Positions 40,500 to 53,700 of a stretch of 64,000 nucleotides of DNA are shown one piece after another. The notes below the pieces were generated by a model. It made no database searches. It was given only the letters and a program-made list of their open reading frames with translations, and was not told the DNA's origin. Position numbers and translations under genes: made by a program. How positions within the stretch are numbered: position 1 is the first letter of the stretch; each line of letters begins with the position of its first letter. The stretch comes from Antedon mediterranea (lineage: Eukaryota; Animalia; Echinodermata): NCBI RefSeq assembly GCF_964355755.1, contig NC_092680.1:17183045-17247044 (forward strand). Direction: 5' to 3'.

Positions 40500-41165
40500 C
40501 AGTTCTCAGTTTTTTCCTCCTTGGTTTTTGACATTTTTCTCCCGCTGACTTCATTAGTTTCCATGTCATTTTATGTTGTTGGTTCAGGGTTGCATTTTCT
40601 CTGAGTTTCTTGTCATGTCAAGGTACTGAGTATTGGTTTCCTCGTAAGCTTTGTCAAGTTGCCTTTTGCTTTCCTCAAATTCAAGAGCTGATTCTTTGTT
40701 GTCTCTGAGGATGTGACTTTTATAAGCAGATTTTAGGTTTGTTTTAGGTCAATTTTATCGCTGAAGGAAAGTGCCTTTTGTCTTTTCTTCTGTAATTTTG
40801 GGAGAAATTTTTCAGCCGTTGCTTTGTTAGCTGTTATTCCATATTTGGCAGTGGAGCTATTGTCCTCACACATATCATTGAGAATGGTGTATTTATTCTT
40901 TACCTCTATGGTGTACTTTTCCTGCATTTTGGGGTCTTGTTGTAGTATACTCCAATCATACTTGCCTTTCTTTGGTGGGGTCTTACCACTGGCATGTAGG
41001 CTCAGTCTAACTCTGGTGTTCACAATCATGTGATCAGATCCAGTAGACACAAACGAATTATAAGCTTGTGAGTTCATCACGCTATTCAGCCACTTTCTCC
41101 TGGTCAATATGTAGTCAAGTTGCACTCTGGACCCACTCGGCAGTATGCAGGTCCAGAGCTTAGAC
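40500..41165 (-). mobile_element. Degenerate LINE fragment (AP-endonuclease C-terminus and linker, RTE-like)
   Basis: LWTCILPSGSRVQLDYILTRRKW...TGSDH followed by a Lys-rich linker with stops. Confidence 0.75.
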
Positions 41166-41220
41166 TCCTTCTGAAATTGAATAATATAGCGTTATTATTA
41201 ACAAATCGCGACAAGATAGC

Positions 41221-41476
41221 TGTTGTGGAATCGGTGAGAGTAAACATGATAAACAAGTTGTTGCAATATATTTGTCTTTATTTTGTAGTGTTAAAGTATT
41301 ATTCAACAACTGTGTGTGTGTAGTAGAAAGAAGTAGACCACGTACGCCGACTCAAATCAAACGGCATGATAACTAGCGATGCCGAGAGATATATGAAACT
41401 GCTTAAACAAACAATTATATAATTCAAAAGGTGCAACAACAAAAAGACTGCACACGCAGACACTCCCGGCACAACA
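41221..41476. mobile_element. Possible solo LTR
   Basis: TG...CA ends with short inverted termini tgttgtg/cacaaca and a minus-strand AATAAA. TSD not clear. Confidence 0.3.
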
Positions 41477-41753
41477 TATAATAATTATTGTTGACTCTAA
41501 TTCAAACTTACCCTAAAGGGTTCCAAATAACAATATAATATAGATGATAAAAATTGCATAATATCTCACACGATACCAATTAAATATAGATCAGCCTGCC
41601 TATCGTCGTACGCGCAAAGTGAAAAACAAATGACGTCATGACAATAGCGTTAGTTTATAATATCGCGACTGCGTGATATACAGCATATTCGTTGTTGACG
41701 ACGTAGTTAAACATTGTTTATTAACAGACTGTAAAGTTAGATTGTTTCTAAAA

Positions 41754-44700
41754 ATGGCCTGTTGGAAATTCGTCTGTTTTTTTCTTTCTACCTTTCTACA
41801 TTTAAGTAAAGGTATGTTATTAATATTATTTTAGTATTTACCAATGCTGTAAATAAATGTAAAGAAAAGGGTATCTCCGACTAACTGCTTCTCTACATTT
41901 AGAAAGAAACTTGGATGTTATGCTCTTCAAAGTAGACTACTGTATATTATAATATGAATTACTTCGTTATTATTTTAAAACAAAATGTTTTCCGGAATTA
42001 GTTTTTTAACATGACTAAACATTTTTAATAATCAAAATGTATTTACACATTAAACTTTCGGCACTAGTTCCGTTTCGCACCTGTTTTTATTTCGACTTCC
42101 TTTCGACTCCAATCTTTGTAACTTATTGTGAATACCACACCTTAGGATTGGGCCTCATAAGTACTTGTATGAAGAAAAATCACATAAATCCCTTAAATTG
42201 ATGATTTTGCAGACGTGTTCGCGAATTTCGCATACACGAAGTTCAATATTTTTATTTCTGTGGACCGCCGAAAGAGCAACTAAAATAGAGGATTTAAAAC
42301 TCAGTGGAATGCATCTACTTTTAATGCATCTATTATGAAATACATGTTTTAATTTCCATTTTTTGTCAATAAAAATCTTGTAACATGTTACTGCTGATAA
42401 TGTTCTGTTTCCAAAGAACATTAACCAACCCTAAATCAGCATAAATTATTAGTCTGTGCCCGGGACTAAGACTAAGAGGGATATTATTTAGATCATTGAG
42501 GTATATAAACCTACAGTTTATGATGATGAATTTGTCGATTTTTATTCTTAAAAGTCAACGAAAACCATGTAAAGTATCAACAGTAACATTTCAGTTGTAT
42601 TGACATTGAGAAAATATATTGAAATTGAATAATGAATAATTAATAGATGCATTAAATATACGCATTCCACTGACTTTTTAGAAATTCACAAACCGTGTGC
42701 GAGAAACACGTCTGTAAATTCATCAATTTAAAGGATTTATTTGTTTTCTGTGATTCTCCATCGTAAAAGTACTTATGAGGTCTTATTCTAAATTGCGGTA
42801 TTCAGGATTAAGTTCGTTAACAAATTTAGAGTCGAAATAAAAGACAGTTGCGAAACGGAACTAACTAGAGCGCCAACATTTCTATTGTTCCTGTGGTTCT
42901 TGTTATTCGTTCACACACTGATGACGGTAAATTAATCAAATATATCGGTAACTAGATATGATATGATATTTAATGCTTTAGGAAAAGATATTTAAAAATA
43001 TTTTTCCCTAAAGCATTGTACAATCTACCACATGTACGCATCTCGAGTAAACATATTGGCACGTAATGGAGCCAGTTTCCATTAAATCGCTTCACTGTAT
43101 CGGTATCGCCGACAGTTGTCCCCGATTTGGGATATAGTCCATGAGCATTTAGAGTTTGACCCGCAAATGTTTGGTAACAACCTGATTGGAACATCATACT
43201 AAAAGTCCTGAAAAATCCTTCTTGTGCTCTCCAAGAAATCCAAGATGGCGTCCAAAATAGCCGCCATAGTTCACAATATACACATTCCTATTTGCTCTAA
43301 CAGAAAAAGTCTATTAATTATAGAGACAATTTGTTCACAAGATTAATTAATCTTTCTTATAAACATCCACTAAAAAATGCAGTACTGTACTTTTCATTTT
43401 AATTACTATGCTAGGGGTTATGTACTGGTTGGTATGTTGGTCTAGCCTGCTGGACCTGACCAGCGCCTACTAGACTATGTAAATATTACTAGTAGTGCCT
43501 TAGCCTAGCAGAGCATATTGTAGTACAGCCGGCCTATTACACCGGATATATGAATATAATGACTTTTAATTATTACCCGACAGAATAACAGTACATATGT
43601 TTTATCATGTATTATTACCCACTGCTGTATATCTATTTATGTATATATTTTTTTCAGATATTTTATCATTTTGTTTATTATGTACACCTCATGTTATATC
43701 ACAATATATGATTGTATTATGTAAACAAAATGATCATAACTATTTTCATGTAATAGTCCACTGATGATGCGTATAGAATCATGAGTTATTACATTAACAT
43801 TATAATGTTTCATGTAAAATAGTTGCATGATGATTGATATTATGTTATCAAGGTAAATGACTGTATACTGTGACATATATAAATATTTGTTGTATTACAA
43901 CTTACAGTAGGCCTAGGCTATGTTATCAAGATAACTGACTGATAATGTGTGCCACGTTTGACATAATCTATAGTACAGAAATATTGTTTTCGAAAATGGG
44001 CCAACCATTATGAATACAAATGTTAATTTCTACCAGGAAAATATAAATCATATAATCAATATCGAGTCAATAATTGTTAACAAAGGTAGTGGATTCCAAT
44101 TGAATCACTCAAAATCAATGAATTTTTATAATCCAATCCTGTTCTCCGAAGATGAAGCTGCTGTAGTAGCGACAGTGCAGCGATTTAATAGAAACCATGC
44201 TGCCGCTTCGATGATTTTCAGGTGTGAAACTGAGACACTGAAGTCGTAACTATACAGATATTTTAATATTGCGATAGTTGGACTAAACAACGCTTGTAAG
44301 AAACATGTTAATGTAAATGTGGAGTGAATGCTTTTAATAAAGAGATCGGCCTTGTTTTTGTCTTTTTATTTATTTATTTCCACTTTATTTAGGAGCGTAA
44401 ACCTTCTAGCATATCAGGCCAGCTAATATTCAGAGGTCTTCTTTAAAATTATAAACATATTATATTTAACTAAATTAAACTCTTTACACTATTAAATAAA
44501 ATATAAAAAATTACATTATATTTAAACAATTATAAACTTAATTAAACCTCTCTAATAATGGGTGTTTTATCATTGTTTATATAGGTGTTATATTCAAGTA
44601 AGCGGTTTTTTTTTAATACAGGTGATATTATGTTTGTAGTCAACCGGATTCCTCCTGGAATATATATGACAAACATTAGTTCCAGTGACAACACAACTTT

Positions 44701-47700
44701 AATTCTAGCATCAGTTATTCAGAATGTCGGATTAACCCGACCTTTCGCTATCGATTATGACATTATCAGATTAACACTGTATTGGTCTGATGTCAGCAAG
44801 TACACCATTGAACGGTTTTCACTTGTCACTAACCAACATGAAGTGTTTGTATCAGGTAATATTCTATTCATTTTTACATTTGTTTTCTTTTAATTCAAAA
44901 TGTAAGTAAAAAAAATGTATTTTTGTTATGTTAATTTATTTGTTAAGAATATGCATAATTATTTGGTAGCAAGTGTATAACTTCACTAGCTTCATCATGT
45001 AGTCCAAATACTGATGTCAGCAAGGACTCCATTGAAAGGCTTTCACTTGTCACTAACCATGAAGTGTTTAAAACACTTGGGACATTATGCTCGTAATATT
45101 CTATATTCATTGACATTGTTTTATTAGGAAAATTAAGCATCATGATATTTGGTAGCATTTGTTTCGCTAATTTTTAAATCAAATTGTATGCAAAAGAAAT
45201 GTATTTTTTTTGTTAATGTTTATTTATTCCTTTTTTGAAAGAATTTCATTTAGCTTCGATTTTGTATAGATGACAAATTTCGTTTTTGTAAAAGCACAAG
45301 TTAACGGAGTACTTACTCGAACGTTTCGATCTCTATCAGAGATCCTTCTCAACTGACTGCGGAGTGTTAATGCAGCTTGGTCATTCTTGACGTCATCTGT
45401 TGATGACGTTGTACGCCTCCGGTTGTAGGTTGGAGGTTGAAGAACAAAGGACACGAACCACAGAAGGAAAAGATCAAGATGCGAGGTAGCATAGGAATCC
45501 CCTATGTAAAAGGAATGGCAGAAAGAATACGACGCACTCTCTCCTATCACAATGTCGGAACCTATTTCCTACCCCAAAATAAAATCAAGAATAGCCTCGT
45601 CCACCCAAAAGATAAAATCGAGAAGATGGATACATGTGGAGTAATCTACGAAGTCACCTGCCGCAACTGTCCACAAGTTTACATTGGGGAAACAGGGAGG
45701 GCATTACAAACACGAATTAATGATCACAAAAAAGATGTTACAACAAACACGGGGGGAGTAATGACTAGGGCCTCCAGAACATCCACATCTTCGATCATAC
45801 ACAAATCTGCCATTACAGAACATGTCATAAAACACAATCATGTACCGAACTGGGAGGCTACCATCTTAACCAAAGAGCCTAAACGCAAAGACAGACAGAT
45901 TAGAGAATCATTACATATAAGGAGAAATAAAGAGAAGACCATGAACCGGGACACTGGAGCCCACGAACTCTCGCATTTGTACAATGATTTGATAGACACA
46001 TCACCTGGCCGAGCCCCGCACAACCTCCAACCTACAACCGGAGGCGTACAACGTCATCAACAGATGACGTCAAGAATGACCAAGCTGCATTAACACTCCG
46101 CAGTCAGTTGAGAAGGATCTCTGATAGAGATCGAAACGTTCGAGTAAGTACTCCGTTAACTTGTGCTTTTACAAAAACGAAATTTGTCATCTGTTTATTT
46201 ATTGTTTAAGAATAGGCCTATGCCTAATTATTTGGTAGCAAGTTTATAATATCGTTAAGTTTACATAGCCCAAATAGACCAACTCTTCAGAGTTATTTCA
46301 AGGTTGAACCAAAAGTTGTTGAAATAAACGTTGTTGTTTAATTATCATAAATAAACGTTTGAGGATACTAAAGTAAAATAGTGTCGGTAAGAAAATTACG
46401 TTTTACCTCTTTTTGCATAGGTGATGTTATAAGTATAAGCAACAATTTATCAATCCGTATACGATTTTTCCAAAAATTGTAGATAACGGGGTCGGATTTA
46501 GGATTTCTGAATCGAAATATTTCAGTAAGCGTTGATAACACTGATGTGAGGTTAGGATAGATAGCGCCTAGTCCAAAGGCGTATCAGAAGTTAAACAATT
46601 TTATGTATAATTTATATAGGCCAATCTATTATTTCCTGCTTTCGCAAACAAATATCTTTCTTTTGTCATTTCCTCTGCATACAAGAACTAAAAAACCTGG
46701 GATAATCAAGGGTATAATAGAATCAATAAACCCTAGAAAGCAAAACACCAAACATAATTAATAATAAAAACTACAGAAATAAATTACACGATTATTATAA
46801 ATATCATAAACAGAATTTTACAAACAAATTCAACTGAACAATAAAAGTAACTATTAAAAACAACATGTAAAACAATCAATATATCATGCTCTGTAAAAAT
46901 AAAGACATTATCTAATTATTTTGTAAATAAATTGCCACGAAATCTAATTAATACTTTACTGCAAAAGGATCAATGTTCTTGTAAAATGTCACTCACTAAT
47001 ATCTAAGGAATCCCACTAAAACTTGTTTGTACTTAAATCTGAAAATGAGATTCTTGAAATTTATAATCTAAAATAGTGCCGGCCTTGGCGATGTTGAACT
47101 ACAATAATTATAAAAAATTGAACCCTTTTTAGGCCTCCGAACGCATAACTTATATAATGTTCTCATCATAAAATGTCCCAACTTTTCATAAAAGAAATGA
47201 TCGTACGGTTCAAATATTAAACTGCCTTGCTTTTTAAAGATACGCCATAAATTATATATATATATAACATACTTGTTTTCTTTCGACGTGAGCAAGCATT
47301 ACGAAAAAAATATAATTAGTTGCGTCGAGCACCTTATTTCTGAAAATTAGTGACGTGAAAATCGTTAACCAAAGGGTATCAAAACATGGAAGATCATTAC
47401 ATTTCTGCAGAATAATTAAGAAAACAAAATGGTAAATTTAAAGTTATGTTTTTAATTAACTCAAACAATAGGATTTGTTCATCGCAATGCTATTTATCAG
47501 CTAATAATATGCAAGTTAAAATGCCTAGCTAGGTAGGGTTTTTGCGGCCGAATGAAATTGTTTTAATGCGAGCGACATATGATGCGTGCGCGATACATGC
47601 GTTGCGTTCAAATCAAATTTATAAAAAAGTACGTTAGCACGCAACTGTTCGCTGAATGATGAACTACACTGTTATGCAAATGAGTAGAATGTTGACGTCA

Positions 47701-50700
47701 TCCGTCAAAGTAAACGTTTATTTCCTCGTTCGAAAGTTTAACCCTAGTCGAGGGTTGAGCATCATTTGAAATGTGTTAACACAGTTTTAGTCTTTAGCAT
47801 ATAAAGTCAATTTCAGATGCAGATGTGCGTGGTTTAGCCGTTGATGGAGCTGGAAAAAAACTTTATTGGAAAGATTCTGAAAAAAACAGAATTGAAGTAA
47901 TCAATCTGGATGGAACAAAGAGAACAATTCTGTTTGACGCGGGATTATCCTATCCACGTGCAATTGAGATAGACACAGCTAACGGGTATGTCACTCTCTC
48001 TTAACGCGCGTCAGTCTTTTTTTCAAACACCCAAAGGAGATGAACTATGTGATCACATCTCGGATTAACTTGTATTCTGTATATTATTAATGCATCTAAA
48101 CCACACATTCAAATTCGTTGAAAAATAATAAAAATGTCAAAGAAGAATGATTGCCTTTACATTTAAAACATTCCAGGAATTAAATTTCATTAATAATATC
48201 TCAGCTTTAGTAGTTTTGTAAGTTTCTATATAATCTGTCCAGTATAGGCCAATTCTGTAAATACATTGTCACATGGCATCTGTACTATGTTGTGGATAAA
48301 ATTAGTGTAGGCTTATACAGGTGTCACATGTGATACAGATATAACACTGTATTACAGAATATACTTACAGTACTTAGAATCCTGCCATAAAACCATCGAA
48401 CCACCTGTATCATAATCTAAATTAGTAAAAGACTGACCCCATTAAAGTAATAAATCTGGATGGAACCTACAGAAAAATTCTTTTTAGTTATGTTTGATAT
48501 ATCTAACGGGTAATGTCACCATCTATACACAGTAAACCACTTTTCACTTTGCAAGGAGATCAACTATAAACTTCACATTTCCAATCTTTTGTTTCTTCTT
48601 TTTGATTAGTAAGCAAAAACGTAATAATAATAATGCATTAATACAACTCAACAATTAAGGTAGTAAATATTCGTAAATCATTAATAATTAATCTGCCTCA
48701 GTAATTTCGTAAGTTTCAATATATATTTTTTTATCCGTGGAAGGGATGTGAACGTCTTGTAACAGAACGTTAAATGTAGTAACATAGATTATACTTATAC
48801 TTAGATACCTGTACTGGACTGATAGAGAAAACCATGTGATAGAGCGAGCTAATTTAAACGACTTGAGTACAAGGGCTGTCTTAGTAACAAGTGTACCAGT
48901 CGCAACCGGACTTGTTTTAGCAGTTCCCGGTAAGTTACTGTAGGCCTATGACCATGAATGCATATAAGTTATATAATATTACTACCGTATGTAATATATT
49001 ATGCTTACTATTAGTAACTATTTCTAATGCTGATTGTTTATGAATGTACATAAAGTCGCTTACTAGGCTATAGTCAAACCTAGAAAATAAATTGTTACCA
49101 ACTTTTGAGCCCGCAGAGCTTAATGACAAAAAACAACGATCGATTACCGTACATATTAAAATAAATTAAATTATGTTTTAAGTATCGTGGCTGGTATCGA
49201 GGCCTATTTCTATTGTCATCCACCTATATTAGGCATGGCGGTGGTTGATAAGTGCTATGGATGTTACAAAATATTCTTTAATACGTGAAGCTATTGGTAC
49301 CAACTAATCCCAAGTACATTTTAACATAATTTGACTTGTTAATACGTATAATACAATAAGGATCAAGCACGCATGTTTTGAAATACTATTTATAAGAAAG
49401 GAAAGATGTAGTATGATGCATGTACTGACGAAATTGAGGAGGCTAACCTTGTGCACGCTCCATATTATGTATAGTCAATGTGTGCGCATCCGAGGCATGT
49501 GCTGGCTCAGCATTGTATTGCTAGTTCATGATACTATAAATCGTGTAAAATGTACGTGGGGTTATCACTTTGACATTCAATGTAGGCCTACTGACATTAG
49601 CGACTTTGCGTTCACACGACGCGCCACGCGTCTTTCATTCGAGTAAAAAGAAATTTCCGCGCACGCTCAGAAACACATGAGCATGCGCATAATGACATTT
49701 TTACTCGTTAGGCACAAAGTATGTTGCTCAGACCCCATAATCAAAGCTATGCTTACATTTAATTACATTCTCCTCTTTCTCAATGAGTGATAAACATTTT
49801 TTTTTACGTTTTACATTCTGATTCATTTTCTTAAATGTTATTTTTCATTTGAACTAAATGAATGATAATCCATTTTTGCGCGCCTACTAAAAGGTCACGT
49901 TCTTGAAATTATCGTTTTATTAAAACTTAATACGCATATTCAAGTACAGTATTCAATCGTAAACGTCTCTCTCATTTTTGTTTTTCACTATTCTTAAGAT
50001 GGAAAGATGTATTGGTGCGACCATATAACTAAGTTAATCGAGGAAGCTAACCTTGACGGTACTAACAGAAGAACGATTATAACTCTGCCGAATAGCCCGC
50101 ATGAAATTGACATTTATGGAAACTATCTGTATTGGACAGGTTATAATGGTGGTATATATCGAGTGGATAGAACAACCGGAGTATCATCACGAGAAAGTAG
50201 CGATATTAGACTTAATAATCCAAAAGGCTTATATATTTTAACAAGTAAATATTCAATTTTAATATTGAAATGAAATTGTTAACTGAAATTGTAGTTAAAG
50301 ATGCAAATGGCACACGTTCCATTAGCGTTGCTTTTATATTTCTATTTCAGTATAGGCCTAGTTAATAGTATACAAATAATGAATGTTTATGAGTGTAATG
50401 GTACAAATAATGGCACGAGGTGAATGATGAAAGGTTATATTTCAACGAGGCGATGAGCCGAGTTGAAATATAACCTTTCATCATTCACCAAGTGCCATTA
50501 TTTGTACCATTACACGAATACAAAACATTCATTATTTGTTTTATATAACATCTAAATAAATTCTAGTTATTTGAATCAAATAAAAGGTAGCCCTAGCCAA
50601 AGTTTACTACATTTCATTCACACACATTTGATTAAAAACATTAACATTTCGTTTTAAATAATTTTATATTAAATGTTATATTTATATGGATTTCGTAAAC

Positions 50701-53700
50701 ACACCTACTTTTGTGTTAATTATGTCAACAAACGACCAAACAATCCTAGGCCTAGCAAGGCTAAAACGCCTAGGCTAGGCCTAGCCTAATACTAGCATGG
50801 CCTAGGCTAGACCTAGTAGCCTAGTACTAGCTTGGCTGAAAGGCAAAACTTCGACAGACAATTGGAACTTATCTAAGCTAATTATGGTTTTTCCAACAAT
50901 TCCACGTCCTGTAGGGATGTCCCCATTAATTAATCAAAATCCTAAAAACGATCTAAAGCTAATTTAAATGCCTTTTTGAATGAAATTAGTACATAATGTC
51001 CAAATCGTACACAAATATCTGCTGCTGTTGCATATCTCGAGGTGGTGTTTACAAATGAAACTCAGACCAGACGACAGGTGGCGCTGTTGTATTTCACAGT
51101 ACATAGCCATATCATAGGATAATTTGTGTACTAGATTTTTTTTCATCCGCGAGACGTTTTTTTTTTCGTACACAAAAATGTTTCAAAAAGTACTATTTAA
51201 CGATCGTTGAATAGTGCGTACTATTGCACGCCATGTGACCCACATTCGTCCAATCAAATGACAGGAATTTATTTAGGTGTTATATAATAAAGTATATTTG
51301 TGGTCAACAAGCCTATTTTTAATTTACCTTTTTTAAGTACCTACATTCACAATTAAGTCAAATGTGCTAGTAAAAACACTCTTTAGAACAAAACAATGTA
51401 AGACGAAATTGGAAATTCACTCAGTTTCCGAAATAATTTAAATCGACGAAATATTATTATATTATAATATTATTGGGCGAAAGTTGCTTAATTTTTGGCG
51501 AACAAGAGTTCCATCGAGTACATTTTGATAAAAGACGCATTCCTACATATTATTGTGTTTGGTTATTTTAAGATCACAGACTACATTTTAAGAACCCTAA
51601 TTGAACCTATATTGCGGTCATTTTTGTTGTATTTAAACGGGTATTAATCTGAAAAAAGAAGTTCATTATAACAATTTAAGCGACTAGCTTTAAATACCGG
51701 TATGCATTGCGCGCAAATTGCTTCAACGATAAACCCCAAAATAGAGGCGATTGTGAATAAATTTACCGGATCTTCCCCATTCTGTATGGATTCTGCCACA
51801 ACGCAAGGATGTATTTTTCTAATGTGAGAACCAAGCTTTAAATGAATACGGTAATGAATAGTAAGTTGTTTAAAACAATATGATTCAGATTCAAACAACT
51901 GTATCTACAAATTATTGCCAATAAACTATTAGGTTGAACACAACGAAATAATTACGTAAACAAAATAATTAATATCCTTAAAATGTAATTGACTACAAAT
52001 AATTAAATAATCTGATAGCAGACCATCGTATAGACATTTATAATACACCTGATTGTATTCTTGCAATTTCATTGGTCAATTATGCCTCGTTAAATAGTGA
52101 AGTCAATTTTTTCAACGAATATAAAACATAAATTATTTGTATAATAATTCTTATTTTTATTGTTATTATCTAATTGTTTATTAATACCGGCAACGTATAC
52201 TTTCAGCTCCCATCATCATCATGGATGCGGGCGCAACCGTAGAAGATTCGACAACCTACTACGGAATTGAAGATGAAGTGAAGACAGATTTCTTGGTGAA
52301 CACTACTGGATTGACATTAGGAACAGGCATTAAAATCACCCTAACAGCTGAGAATATGGAGGTAATTAACTAAATAGTAAAAAGGAACACAAATTTTGTA
52401 TATACAGTTTTTCTGACCATGTCATTAATTTATATATATCATGTCTATATATAATGACAAATTAGGCTATTTTTTGGTAATTCTCAATTTAAGTCGGCGG
52501 CTATAGGGTGTAATGTTTTCCACTTCGTTGTACTTTTGGTGGTGTTCATCTAATAATCACATACAGTGTCAAAAATCGGATAATTAGTGTTTAAAACTTG
52601 CACAGTTGTTGACCTGTGCGTCGATGATTCTCATTTGAGAATGCATATGAAGTTATGGAATAAGTAGAATGGAAAAACTTCGTAGTCGCAAGACGATAAT
52701 TCCGCACGTGATCCGGATTTTATATGCATTTTGTTTGGATTGGATTTTACACGTTAACTAAAACTTTGAGATTTAATTTTGAAAATACATTTCTATATCA
52801 TATTTTATCAGTGACACTGACAGGTTCAGAGTTCTCATAAACATAAACTATTTACAAGAAAAATGTTTAAATATAACGGCAAAGAACTAATCAAATGTTG
52901 GCCGGACATAAAGTCCACCGTAAGCCTACTGAGAACAATGGATAACATGTCTGCCCTACTGACGGACGTAAAATGAATGTGGCCAAATGAAACAAGCTAT
53001 GCATTCATGTGTCGTGTGTCGACATGGATAAATACGTTAGTGTTTCCAAGAATTAGCACACACGGAACATAATGTATATAGTAGGCCTACTATAATACCG
53101 GTTGGGTGTAATTATTACCCGATTCACCGTGCTGTATCTTCACGTACTGCTAGATATTTTCTCAGTGTCGAAGGAATATTTGGGTGTAATACTATAGGAG
53201 AAACATGTGAAACACATGTGATGTTGTATTATCAAATATTCCTATGATACTGGCCCGGATACTGAGCAAATATAGATACAGCACCGATAATCTGGTGGTA
53301 ATTATAGTAACATCTTTTTTCAGTTCAACCTGTCTGCAGATCCTTTTATATGGACTTTAACAGGAAACGGAAATACCGACTCAACCATGACGGTATGGTT
53401 CTGTTTTATATGTTCCTAATATACGGTATTGGTTAATTGTGTAATGTTGTGATCATAACAAAATAAGTTTGACGTGTGATTTTAGCAGTGAAATAATTAA
53501 ATATAACTTAATGTAATGATATGTCAAAACCATAGATATATGTATTTTCTCTATAATATAATTGGACGTGCGGAAGAAATAGAAGCAGAACCCGACTTTA
53601 ATCTCAGAGATTCTAAGATTTTTACATAAATTCTGAGTTACTTCTCGATCCCGATCTACTGTGTTTTGTTTTTAAGTCAGATTTACCAGGGAGTTATTAC

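Noticed and set aside
44585-44597. 13-nt microexon (ag|gtgttatattcaa|gtaagc)
   Set aside because: It would leave a 24-nt intron and shift the reading frame.
44622-50244. Calling the YWTD gene LRP4/5/6
   Set aside because: There are no EGF or LDL-A repeats and no transmembrane or cytoplasmic tail. The downstream in-phase exons lead to a lectin domain instead.
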